Below, one piece after another: positions 24,922 to 32,000 of a DNA stretch of 32,000 bases. This DNA is from Candidatus Iainarchaeum sp. (lineage in GTDB: Archaea > Iainarchaeota > Iainarchaeia > Iainarchaeales > JAZDEL01), in assembly GCA_043808785.1 (NCBI GenBank), contig JAZDEL010000010.1, positions 60,001 to 92,000 of the forward strand. The letters run 5' to 3'. Within the stretch, counting starts at the first letter, position 1. Every line of letters begins with the position of its first letter. The notes beneath the pieces were generated by a model that was given only the letters and a program-made list of their open reading frames with translations, was not told the DNA's origin and did no database searches. A program made the position numbers and the translations under genes.

Positions 24922-26095
24922 CTTCCCCCTTCACTATAGTCTTCACCACAACGCCTTTTATCCTTTTCCCGTCGAAGGGGGTCCAGCCGCACTTGCTCAT
25001 CTGCTCCGAGTTCCTTATCTCGTGCTCCCTGCCCATGTCGACAACAGCCAAATCCGCGTCAAATCCCGTTCTTATTTCCCCCTTCCCCCGCAAACCAAAA
25101 ATCCTTGCAGGGTTTCTGGAGGACACTTCAACCAGCTTGCGCATGGTTATTTTCTTTTGGTTCACGGCGTCAATCATAAGCGGCAGCATTGTCTGCACGC
25201 CCGGCATTCCGTTCGCGCCCTTTGCCTTGTCCCCGCGCGTGTGCGGGGCGTGGTCTGAGGATAGGCAGTCGATTGTGCCCTCGGCGAGCGCCTCCCACAG
25301 CGCCTTCGCATCCGCGCGCGTGCGCAGGGGAGGGCTGACAGATGAAAAATTCCCAAGCCTTTCGGAATCATCCTCCGTGAGTAAGAGATGGTGCGGGCAA
25401 ACTTCACACGTGAGTAAGCCCTTCGCGCTTTTTTTCTCCCTCACGATTGCCCTTGTCCCGTCCTTCGTGGAAACGTGGCACACATGCAACTTATTTCCCA
25501 CCTCGCGCCTGACCTCGAGCGCCCTTTCAATTACCCCCTTCTCCTCCCCCCTGTCCTCCGCATGCACACAAACAACAAACCCGCGCGCCTTCGCGATTTC
25601 GAAAATTTCCTTCAGTTTTTTTCCATCGCCGACAAAAAGGTCGCCGTATTGCGAACCCAAATAAACCTTGAACGAGTTCACGCCCTGAACTTTTTTCAGT
25701 TCCGCAATGTTCCTCTCCGTAGCGCCAAAGTGCATTCCGAACCCTATCCAGGAACCCGCGGATGCGATTTTCATTTTTTCATCAAGTGCCTGCTGCGTTG
25801 TTGTCGCGGGCTTCGTGTTCGGCATGTCGAAAACCTTGGCAACCCCTCCCGCAGCTGCAGCCGCGCTCCCCGTTTTCCAGTCCTCCTTGTATTCAAATCC
25901 AGGCGTGCGAAAGTGAACATGCGCATCTATTGCAGCGGGAATTACCGCCATGCCCGCGCAGTTAACCGTGCGCGCTGCGGGGGTTTTTATTTTCCCCTCG
26001 CTTGCAGCAGTGATTTTCCCGCCATCAATCCCTATCCACATCCTCTGCAATTTTCCCCTGTAGAAAGCCCTGCAGTTTTCAAGGATTAAGTCCAT
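24908..26095 (-). CDS. pyrC: Dihydroorotase
   Basis: 395-aa ORF with the amidohydrolase metal motif IDAHVHFRTPG, later HAED and SDHAPH blocks, and a DADLAVVD tail. Its 3' end overlaps the pyrE start, giving a pyrC-pyrE-pyrF operon. Confidence 0.85.
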   Translation of the reverse strand: MDLILENCRAFYRGKLQRMWIGIDGGKITAASEGKIKTPAARTVNCAGMAVIPAAIDAHVHFRTPGFEYKEDWKTGSAAAAAGGVAKVFDMPNTKPATTTQQALDEKMKIASAGSWIGFGMHFGATERNIAELKKVQGVNSFKVYLGSQYGDLFVGDGKKLKEIFEIAKARGFVVCVHAEDRGEEKGVIERALEVRREVGNKLHVCHVSTKDGTRAIVREKKSAKGLLTCEVCPHHLLLTEDDSERLGNFSSVSPPLRTRADAKALWEALAEGTIDCLSSDHAPHTRGDKAKGANGMPGVQTMLPLMIDAVNQKKITMRKLVEVSSRNPARIFGLRGKGEIRTGFDADLAVVDMGREHEIRNSEQMSKCGWTPFDGKRIKGVVVKTIVKGEVVYG

Positions 26096-26148
26096 GTGAC
26101 CGCCTTTTTACTATTGATTTAAGGATATATATAATATGGGCTGGTGCA
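26025..26148. repeat. Direct repeat copy A (pyrC first about 24 codons + 5' UTR + promoter)
   Basis: Hand alignment to 27091-27213 (offset 1066 nt). About 100 nt are near-identical with 5 substitutions, then the promoter part has small indels. The two + strand shadow ORFs in the track end in the same peptide (...LQFSPVESPAVFKD), which confirms the duplication independently. Confidence 0.9.
26125..26137 (-). promoter_or_regulatory. TATA-rich putative pyrC promoter element
   Basis: An ATATATATAATAT run lies about 30-40 nt upstream of the pyrC ATG (26095). The same element is duplicated in degenerate form at about 27193-27203 in repeat copy B. Confidence 0.4.
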
Positions 26149-26247
26149 CTTGTTTCGGGCAATATTTCGGGCGGATGCCGGAGCCGCAGATGGCGTTCGG
26201 GCGAGGTGGCGGAGTCGGCTGGCTGGCCCGGATGAACGAACAAAGCA

Positions 26248-26844
26248 TTATTCCCTGAAATCCTTTATCGGGAATATGAGGTTAACGTATGTAGCGCCAT
26301 CCTGCTTAATCAGCGTGTTCTCCCTGAAGTTGAACTTCTTTTTGTACCACTCCGCCCTGTGCGGGTATGAGTCAAGGGTAATGTACATCCCCCCCACAAG
26401 CGGGACAATCTTCTTCACTATAAAGCCCATTGCATAGCAAACCAAAAAAGGGCCGACAACGCCCTTGTTCTGGCAAGCCTTGTCCACAGCCAGCCGCCCT
26501 ATTTTGATTGCGGGAATCTTGCCGTAATCCTTCCCGCGCCTGCGCCGGGTTTCCCTGTCTATCGTGATTGCATCCTGCGACAAAGCAAAGAAGCCCATGA
26601 CTTTTTTGCCGCCTTTTTGGACCGCCACATATGTGCGGTTCCAGCCCTCTTCTTTCTGGGCAAGCGCGTCGTTTTTTATGAAATCGTTCAGGTCCCTGTC
26701 CCCGGCATGCCCGGAAAAGCAGTCGAACGCCGACACGTCATGCTCTTCTGTAAACGGCTCCACTACGAGGCAGGAGGCGTGAAGTTCTTCGCTCATCGTC
26801 AACGGCGAGGCTATCTCTCGTGGCTTTCGTAAGTCGCTATGCAT
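26248..26844 (-). CDS. GNAT-family N-acetyltransferase toxin (TacT/KacT/AtaT-like)
   Basis: The blocks FDCFSGH..DLNDFIKNDALAQKEEGWNRTYVAV, VMGFFALSQDAI, IPAIKIGRLAVDKACQNKGVVG follow the pattern of DUF1778-associated GNAT toxins (FDCG...L..FL, TYV, GYY.LS, IGRLAVD..QG.G). The start is ambiguous: 26844, which overlaps the upstream small gene, or ATG 26796. Confidence 0.7.
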   Translation of the reverse strand: MHSDLRKPREIASPLTMSEELHASCLVVEPFTEEHDVSAFDCFSGHAGDRDLNDFIKNDALAQKEEGWNRTYVAVQKGGKKVMGFFALSQDAITIDRETRRRRGKDYGKIPAIKIGRLAVDKACQNKGVVGPFLVCYAMGFIVKKIVPLVGGMYITLDSYPHRAEWYKKKFNFRENTLIKQDGATYVNLIFPIKDFRE

Positions 26845-26957
26845 GACTGCAGTATCCGCACGTCCTTTTCAGTCATGCCCTTTCCCGTATGCAAATCCAG
26901 AAACCTTTCGGCATCCTTCCCCTTCAGTTCGGGGGTCATAATAATCGGCTTTGCCAT
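26811..26957 (-). CDS. Putative cognate antitoxin (48-aa small protein immediately upstream of the GNAT toxin)
   Basis: ORF 26811..27056 trimmed to ATG 26957 (MAKPIIMTPELKGKDAERFLDLHTGKGMTEKDVRILQSCIATYESHER). AGGTGA lies 6 nt upstream and a TATA-rich run sits at about 26975-26990. The position and size fit an antitoxin. The sequence is not an obvious DUF1778/RHH match by eye. Confidence 0.45.
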   Translation of the reverse strand: MAKPIIMTPELKGKDAERFLDLHTGKGMTEKDVRILQSCIATYESHER

Positions 26958-27083
26958 GCATTTCACCTTTATACGTATATATCGCCGGTTAGTGTATTTA
27001 TTCTTTACTGTGGGGCGCCGGTGATTCCCCTGTGCCATAAATGCCACATGCACCACTATATCGGAATTTCCCTTCCCGGTTTT

Positions 27084-27161
27084 TCACGCGTCAATCCCTA
27101 TCCACATCTTCTGCAATTTTCCCCTGTAGAAAGCCCTGCAGTTTTCAAGGATTAAATCCAT
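27084..27161 (-). pseudogene. Truncated pyrC 5' remnant (25 codons then TGA)
   Basis: The minus strand translates to MDLILENCRAFYRGKLQKMWIGIDA*, against MDLILENCRAFYRGKLQRMWIGIDGGK... for the intact gene. Weaker similarity with a roughly 12-nt deletion seems to continue to about 27064. Confidence 0.8.
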
Positions 27162-27213
27162 AATGCCGCCTTTTTACTATTGATTTAAGGAACTATATAA
27201 ATGGGGATGGTGC
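27091..27213. repeat. Direct repeat copy B (decayed duplicate of the pyrC 5' end + promoter)
   Basis: See copy A. TCAATCCCTATCCACATC[T]TCTGCAATTTTCCCCTGTAGAAAGCCCTGCAGTTTTCAAGGATTAA... is shared by both copies. Confidence 0.9.
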
Positions 27214-27261
27214 GGGGGGTTGGAGGGGCGGGTGCAACATGATTGCACAGCCAACACAGCG

Positions 27262-27489
27262 CTATTGCCCGGTTATTCTAAACTGTAGTTCTTTCAGGAA
27301 GCGCTTCAATCTGTGAAAAGGGCCCATTTTAATCGGCTGAGATTTTAAAATATTTTCGATCCGCTGACGCTCCTTAGCCTCTTCACGTGCCTTATCAATT
27401 TTTGAGGCGTCCTCGGGGCTAAGCTTGCCGTTATTTCTGCCAGTATCTACAAAATCAACTGTTGCTCCGCTCCTCCTTATATTAAACAC
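27262..27489 (-). CDS. Hypothetical small protein (75 aa)
   Basis: The GTG start at 27489 is preceded by GAGGAG (27495-27500). The central segment is charged and helical (SPEDASKIDKAREEAKERQRIENIL). I recognise no family. GC is lower than in the core genes. Confidence 0.35.
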   Translation of the reverse strand: MFNIRRSGATVDFVDTGRNNGKLSPEDASKIDKAREEAKERQRIENILKSQPIKMGPFHRLKRFLKELQFRITGQ

Positions 27490-27558
27490 CAGAACTCCTC
27501 ATACTAATTGCCGTGCAATAAGCTTTTTACGTGTTTCCTCCATATACTTTTCGTTTAT

Positions 27559-28299
27559 ATGCGCCGAAAAAGCGGGAGAAATTGGAAAACGCGGCACGGG
27601 GCATGGAACCCCCAGCGGCACGGAAACCAGCCCCAAGATACGCCGGCATCCGCGAGCCAGCTTTTCCGCAGATACAGGAAATTCATAGCGCCAATCGGAA
27701 TAATCCTGCTGATAATGCTCCAATACCTTCCCGAATATGCTTTCCCTGCCTGGATTCTGGAGAATGGGTTCCTTGCTTCGGTTCTTGCCTCCTTTGCCTT
27801 CACCTCGCTTAACGGCATGCTGTTTTTGGCTGTTTTATTGATAACCGCATGGTTTGCATATAAGTCCTGGCTGTTAAGGATACGGTTCCTGAGGGCAAGG
27901 AACCCCCTCCTGAAAAAGCTGGTTATTGTGTTCATGGCGCTGATTTTAATAAGCAGCATAAAGGCGGATTCCGCCCCCGGCTGGATTGCGGGCTGGCTTT
28001 TGTTCTTTGCATCGGCTTACTTCTGCCTTGCCCTGTTCTGGCTTGCCCTAAAGTGGATAGACAACCTTGACCTGAGTTCCGACCTCACAATCTGGCTCCT
28101 GAGGATTGGCGGCGCAATACTCGCCATGTTCGGGCTTTTTTCGCTGCTTTTCGGGACGGTTGTTTCGGTTATTTCTTTCTCGTTCACAAATTCGATGCTT
28201 TCATTGATTCCCCCTCTCATCGGGGCGTTAATCCTGCTCCTTGGCCTGTTCGGCATCTTCCGCGCAAACAGAAGGCATGCGATGGTTAGGGTTTGGTGA
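27559..28299 (+). CDS. Hypothetical multi-pass membrane protein
   Basis: ORF 27508..28299. At least 5 hydrophobic segments follow a basic N-terminal stretch. Start uncertain: ATG 27559 or ATG 27715. No recognisable domain. Confidence 0.5.
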   Translation: MRRKSGRNWKTRHGAWNPQRHGNQPQDTPASASQLFRRYRKFIAPIGIILLIMLQYLPEYAFPAWILENGFLASVLASFAFTSLNGMLFLAVLLITAWFAYKSWLLRIRFLRARNPLLKKLVIVFMALILISSIKADSAPGWIAGWLLFFASAYFCLALFWLALKWIDNLDLSSDLTIWLLRIGGAILAMFGLFSLLFGTVVSVISFSFTNSMLSLIPPLIGALILLLGLFGIFRANRRHAMVRVW

Positions 28300-28431
28300 G
28301 CGAGAAAACAGTGAGCATTTACTAGATAACGCCGAAAGGGAGCGGCGTGATGAAGAAGATTAGGGTGATGTAGTGCGGACCTGCTCTGGCGGGCAAATAT
28401 AGTGGCATGAACTATTTTTGAGTATGAGTGC

Positions 28432-29148
28432 TTAATCAGGTTTTGACGTTAAGAACTTTGCCCCTCTAAAGTTTTTGGCAGAGATTTTAGTAAGGGCGAT
28501 CCCAAACCATATAAAAAGCAAAGCAACCAAACTCAACAACAAAACTTCTATCTCAGTCGCTTTAATTATGAAAAATGCTGCCACTATTGAAAGGAACAAA
28601 ATTACTGAAAAAGACAAAGTTCCCACAAAGAACCACCAAGCTTTAACTAAGATGACCCATGCATTGTGCAGAACGCGGAAATTTTTTATGGTTTGAGGGA
28701 TTATAAAAAAATAAACTAGGATTACAATGCTTAATAGAAACGCCGAATAAAATAAAACAAATGGCGGAATCTGCGCCATACCGGATAGCAAATTTTCATT
28801 TAGATTTAATGCCGCTAAAACGAAGGCCAAGTCCACGATAAGGAATGCATATGAAAACGTAAAAAACAGCCCAAGTAGTAAAGCAGCCAAAATGATGGGG
28901 ACACTCAGAAATAGAGGCCCAACCACATTATCATAGCTTGAATCCAAGTGCAAATCAAAATTTGTGTTGCGGCCTATGCCGCTATATGGTGTCTTTTTTA
29001 AATAGTAGATTATCGCATATCCTCCAAGTAAGACTAATGCAGTAAAATAGGGCAAAATATCTAATATGTTAGGGATTTTAGAAATGTAGTCCCATGCGAA
29101 AATTATCTTAAATGTTTCAAGGAACCCAAACCAATCGGTCCAAACCAT
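28432..29148 (-). CDS. Hypothetical multi-pass membrane protein (about 6 TM), low-GC
   Basis: 238-aa ORF, strongly hydrophobic and rich in Phe/Ile/Leu, with AT-rich codon usage unlike the core genes. It is divergent from the NTPase gene across a 160-nt AT-rich spacer. Confidence 0.6.
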   Translation of the reverse strand: MVWTDWFGFLETFKIIFAWDYISKIPNILDILPYFTALVLLGGYAIIYYLKKTPYSGIGRNTNFDLHLDSSYDNVVGPLFLSVPIILAALLLGLFFTFSYAFLIVDLAFVLAALNLNENLLSGMAQIPPFVLFYSAFLLSIVILVYFFIIPQTIKNFRVLHNAWVILVKAWWFFVGTLSFSVILFLSIVAAFFIIKATEIEVLLLSLVALLFIWFGIALTKISAKNFRGAKFLTSKPD

Positions 29149-29310
29149 ACTGGATTTTGCAGGTAAACGGTTTAAAATAGGCTATTGAAGAGCGTTGGAA
29201 GCATGTGTTCCTCATATGGTCCACCGGAAATGCGGTCTAAGAACATTTTTAAGTAATCGCTTGCAAGTAGTTATGGTATGCATAGGTGGCAACAACGATA
29301 GTTGGTCGAG

Positions 29311-31563
29311 ATGGATGAAGATATTGTCTTAACTCTAAAAAACGATTGGGATTACCCGCCACATTATGAAAAACAACAAGGTCATTTTATTGGGCGCAAA
29401 GAAGAGCTTGAAAACTTAGTGGATAATTTATCAAGAAAAAATAGTGGCTCTATTTTGATAGCAGGGGATAGGGGGGTAGGTAAAACTGCCCTTGTATACA
29501 AAGCGTTGCAAGAAGTCAAAAAGAGTAAGGATAGGTCTATTTTCATAATCCTCAATGCATCTCAACTGGAGATGGCGTGTGAGGCTGACGGCACAAGTGA
29601 CTTGAAAGAAAAAATAATAAAAAATCTAATCAGGAGGCTTTATGCCATAATGCGAGACGAGAAGGATCTCAAAGACGTCTTCCCCTTTATCGAAATGCTC
29701 TATAGAAAAGTAAGGTTTAAAGAAGAGACCGTAACAATGGTAAGAAACATTAGACGAGAGGAATCTGAAACAGAATCGGTTGAATACGAAAAACAACTTA
29801 AACTGCCGGTGGAATACACAGTAAGTATTGGGTCAAGTCTGGCGGCATTGTTCTTAATTCTGAATCCACTTACCCCGAATGTAGCAATTAACGCAATACT
29901 GCCAATAGCAACGGCAAGTGTTGGTCCGTTTGCGTTTCTGTATGCTCGGAAATATCAAAAGACAAAGTCAGCAAAGAAATCACAAGCCGCGAATGCTGAG
30001 CAATACTATGAATTAGACGATAATATTGGAAATCTCGAATTTGACTTGGAACAAGTACTTGAGAGAGTGCATTCCAAGGGCTACAAAGTGGTTTTTGTAA
30101 TTGATGAGTTAGACAAAATAGATAACCAAAATGTCACAATAGGTGCAATAAAAAGTTTCAAAAATTTATTCAATCTCTCATCCGCAATTTTTGTCCTGAT
30201 TGCAGGGCGGGACACGTTTGATAGGATTCAAGCTGGTAAAGGGCCAAGGACCCCAGACTACACACTTTTTACGCACAAGATATTTTTAAAGCGGCCAACA
30301 TTCTGGGATATTGAGAGTTTTGTGGATGAGATAATAGCAAAGCCAGACATGGCAAAGCTCAAACAAAACGACAAATATAAAGAATTCAGAAATTTTCTTT
30401 CTTTTGAAGCAAAAACTGACTTTTTTGAGTTGTATGCCATACTCCGAGACTACATCAAATTTGATAGGAGCGGCTCTACCCTTGCAATACCTAGATTAAC
30501 GACTAAGGAATTGACCAAAGCAAGGCTGCAAAAAGCAATGGGTCAAGTATTTGGTCGGAGCGGGTGGGGCGTGCCCTCCAAGTGGCATATGGATGAAGAA
30601 ATACTAACAAGCCTATATCTCTTAATAGATGGGCTTGCTGAGAAGGATAAAGGTGACGAGTTTGAAGATGACTTTGGAAATCATCCTACGGATGGTGAAA
30701 ATGCACCCATAAAGCGGGATTTGTGCAAATACTTAGAGCGGCTCGGTGCCATCGAAAAAATCAGTGTTCGGGAAGAGGTAGTTGGCAATAAACCTAAAAA
30801 AATTACGAAGTATCGATGGATGGGCTTCTGCAGTAAGGTTCCTTCTGAGATACGGGAAATAATGATGGAGCATGAGATGACATTTATCGATAGGGCTAGT
30901 TCGCTCAAAAAAATGGTTGTGGAGATAGGTAACCTTTACAAAGTAGCTAACTCTGAAAGAACTTATTCAATGAACGGCTTTCAAAGCAACTCTCGAGAGA
31001 TACTGACGCTTGTTCAAAAACTGACGAATAGAAACTTGGTGCCAATCTTTGATCAGATAACGCCTATAGAGCAAGACCTTAATACTAAATTTCCAAAATT
31101 GCATAAACGTGAGGAAGTAGAGCAACACATAAAGAATCTTGAGGGGGAGATTAATGCCCTTAAAGAGTACTCCCGAATCGCTCTAGAAAATATTATTAAA
31201 GAAAAAGTCGCAGATATGGAATCTTCCCAACTCCAGACAAATGTGGGATTGTTTAGTGCCATTCAAGGATTAAGAAATAACGTAGTACATGGGGGCATAT
31301 TGCACTCAGTAATTTTCAAAAAAGATCTTTCTAAACAATTATTAATGTCTGTAAATATGTCCTCTGATCTAATAAACCAGAATAAACAATTAATACGCCA
31401 AAATTCAAAAACATTAAAAATCGTAAATATTCAAACGGACCCCTCTTTTGACTATAAAGATATGAAACATTTGGGAGGTGGTTTTTCAAGCGTAAAAGTG
31501 ACAGATAATTTTGAAGAACTTGGGCGGGTAATCAAGAAACTAATGCACTGGTTTTTATCATAA
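29311..31563 (+). CDS. KAP-like P-loop NTPase with an intramolecular TM hairpin and a C-terminal HEPN-like (RNxxxH) region
   Basis: The track ORF starts at TTG 29302; I prefer ATG 29311. Walker A GDRGVGKT is at 29464-29487. Two hydrophobic helices lie at 29818-29946. Walker B VVFVIDELDK is at 30088-30117. A coiled-coil-like segment follows, then LRNNVVHGG (RNNVVH at 31273-31290). The codon usage is low-GC. Confidence 0.8.
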   Translation: MDEDIVLTLKNDWDYPPHYEKQQGHFIGRKEELENLVDNLSRKNSGSILIAGDRGVGKTALVYKALQEVKKSKDRSIFIILNASQLEMACEADGTSDLKEKIIKNLIRRLYAIMRDEKDLKDVFPFIEMLYRKVRFKEETVTMVRNIRREESETESVEYEKQLKLPVEYTVSIGSSLAALFLILNPLTPNVAINAILPIATASVGPFAFLYARKYQKTKSAKKSQAANAEQYYELDDNIGNLEFDLEQVLERVHSKGYKVVFVIDELDKIDNQNVTIGAIKSFKNLFNLSSAIFVLIAGRDTFDRIQAGKGPRTPDYTLFTHKIFLKRPTFWDIESFVDEIIAKPDMAKLKQNDKYKEFRNFLSFEAKTDFFELYAILRDYIKFDRSGSTLAIPRLTTKELTKARLQKAMGQVFGRSGWGVPSKWHMDEEILTSLYLLIDGLAEKDKGDEFEDDFGNHPTDGENAPIKRDLCKYLERLGAIEKISVREEVVGNKPKKITKYRWMGFCSKVPSEIREIMMEHEMTFIDRASSLKKMVVEIGNLYKVANSERTYSMNGFQSNSREILTLVQKLTNRNLVPIFDQITPIEQDLNTKFPKLHKREEVEQHIKNLEGEINALKEYSRIALENIIKEKVADMESSQLQTNVGLFSAIQGLRNNVVHGGILHSVIFKKDLSKQLLMSVNMSSDLINQNKQLIRQNSKTLKIVNIQTDPSFDYKDMKHLGGGFSSVKVTDNFEELGRVIKKLMHWFLS

Positions 31564-31626
31564 TTGCTTTAAAAATTGCGCAGGATCGTAGGATTGATTT
31601 ATGAATCAGATAAAACACTTTCAGGA

Positions 31627-32000
31627 GTGTCGGCTGCCGTGAACCGCAACAATATCGCAGATTGGATAATCGTAATTTTCACATTTTTGGCACTCATAAC
31701 TTTAGTTTATCTCGGAGAAGCAGGAGAACTTGACGTTTTCGCAGCGCTGGTCATGCTGGCGAGTGTGATTTTCAGCATTTTGCTCTCCGCAATCGCCGCA
31801 GGCGGTGCCCTCTGGCTGATTTACCTTATTTTTAAAGAATTGGAAAACGTATCTATAGAAAAACCGCCACAAATCTGGAAGGCTTTTTTCAGATTAATTA
31901 GGCCTAATGCTAATGTTGAGGGCCAATTGCCCCTAACGGATTTGCTTATTGCCCTTATTTTTTTGTATGTGCTCGCAATGGCGCTTACCGAAATTTTCTT
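31627..32000 (+). CDS. Hypothetical membrane protein, 3'-truncated by the window end
   Basis: This frame is not in the track because it has no stop in the window. It is open from the stop at 31570 to 32000. GTG 31627 is preceded by AGGAG; TTG 31576/31594 are alternative starts. My hand translation is VSAAVNRNNIADWIIVIFTFLALITLVYLGEAGELDVFAALVMLASVIFSILLSAIAAGGALWLIYLIFKEL..., with at least 3 hydrophobic segments. Confidence 0.4.
   Translation, partial: MSAAVNRNNIADWIIVIFTFLALITLVYLGEAGELDVFAALVMLASVIFSILLSAIAAGGALWLIYLIFKELENVSIEKPPQIWKAFFRLIRPNANVEGQLPLTDLLIALIFLYVLAMALTEIF

Noticed and set aside
24993-26089. + strand ORFs 24993-25664 and 25475-26089 inside pyrC, and 26889-27155 across the antitoxin and repeat B.
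   Set aside because: They are shadows of pyrC and the TA genes. They are useful only because two of them end in the same peptide, which confirms the duplication.
26149-26247. The G-rich stretch GGCGAGGTGGCGGAGTCGGCTGGCTGGCCCGG, which superficially resembles a tRNA 5' half (acceptor plus D-arm), and the triple TTCGGGC motif.
   Set aside because: No anticodon arm, T-arm (GGTTCRANNCC) or complementary acceptor 3' strand follows. This is most likely just cassette-flanking DNA.
27499-27959. Minus-strand ORFs 27499-27723 (74 aa) and 27555-27959 (134 aa), and the 14-codon mini-ORF MEETRKKLIARQLV upstream of the 75-aa gene.
   Set aside because: They overlap the better-supported + strand membrane-protein ORF and have Pro/Arg-rich or otherwise implausible composition. 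The mini-ORF is too short to support without expression data.
28329-28348. Hairpin ACGCCG-AAAGGGAG-CGGCGT between the convergent membrane-protein genes, considered as a terminator.
   Set aside because: The stem is only 6 bp and there is no adjacent T-run on either strand. That is too weak to call.
1-32000. Search by eye for CRISPR arrays, tRNA genes, transposases/IS inverted repeats, integrases, introns or riboswitches.
   Set aside because: I saw no regularly spaced 25-40-nt repeats, no cloverleaf-compatible sequences and no DDE/tyrosine-recombinase-like ORFs. The intergenic regions are short and are accounted for by promoters, terminators and the repeats listed above.

Overview
This is an archaeal chromosomal segment. 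The markers are TBP, eL21, Rpo4/RpoF, DUF655, KsgA/Dim1, AglB, AMP phosphorylase and a stand-alone 5S rRNA. It is densely coding and GC-rich: hand counts of sample 60-nt lines give about 50-67% GC.

- Positions 1-14847 form one minus-strand glycan and N-glycosylation supercluster. It encodes AglB, AglH/Alg7, split Alg14/Alg13, a flippase-like protein, GT2/GT4 transferases, a methyltransferase, four SDR sugar epimerases/dehydratases, RmlA/RmlB and RfbF.
- The middle holds a DUF47/PiT phosphate pair, an orphan PIN nuclease, the 5S rRNA and a TBP with an unusual Lys-rich tail. It also holds the conserved eL21-rpoF-DUF655-ksgA block, AMP phosphorylase and a pyrC-pyrE-pyrF operon.
- The right end is accessory. 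A GNAT-toxin/antitoxin cassette is bracketed by about 124-bp direct repeats that duplicate the pyrC promoter and its first about 24 codons, leaving a decayed pyrC 5' remnant.
- A low-GC island follows (about 30-40% GC in sampled lines). It encodes several multi-pass membrane proteins and a 750-aa P-loop NTPase. A two-helix membrane hairpin sits between its Walker A and Walker B motifs (KAP-like topology), and its C-terminus carries an RNxxxH HEPN-type motif.

That NTPase and its membrane-protein neighbours are my top candidate for an undescribed defence or abortive-infection system. I found no CRISPR array, tRNA, transposase or integrase. All functional calls rest on motif recognition by eye; no database search was run.
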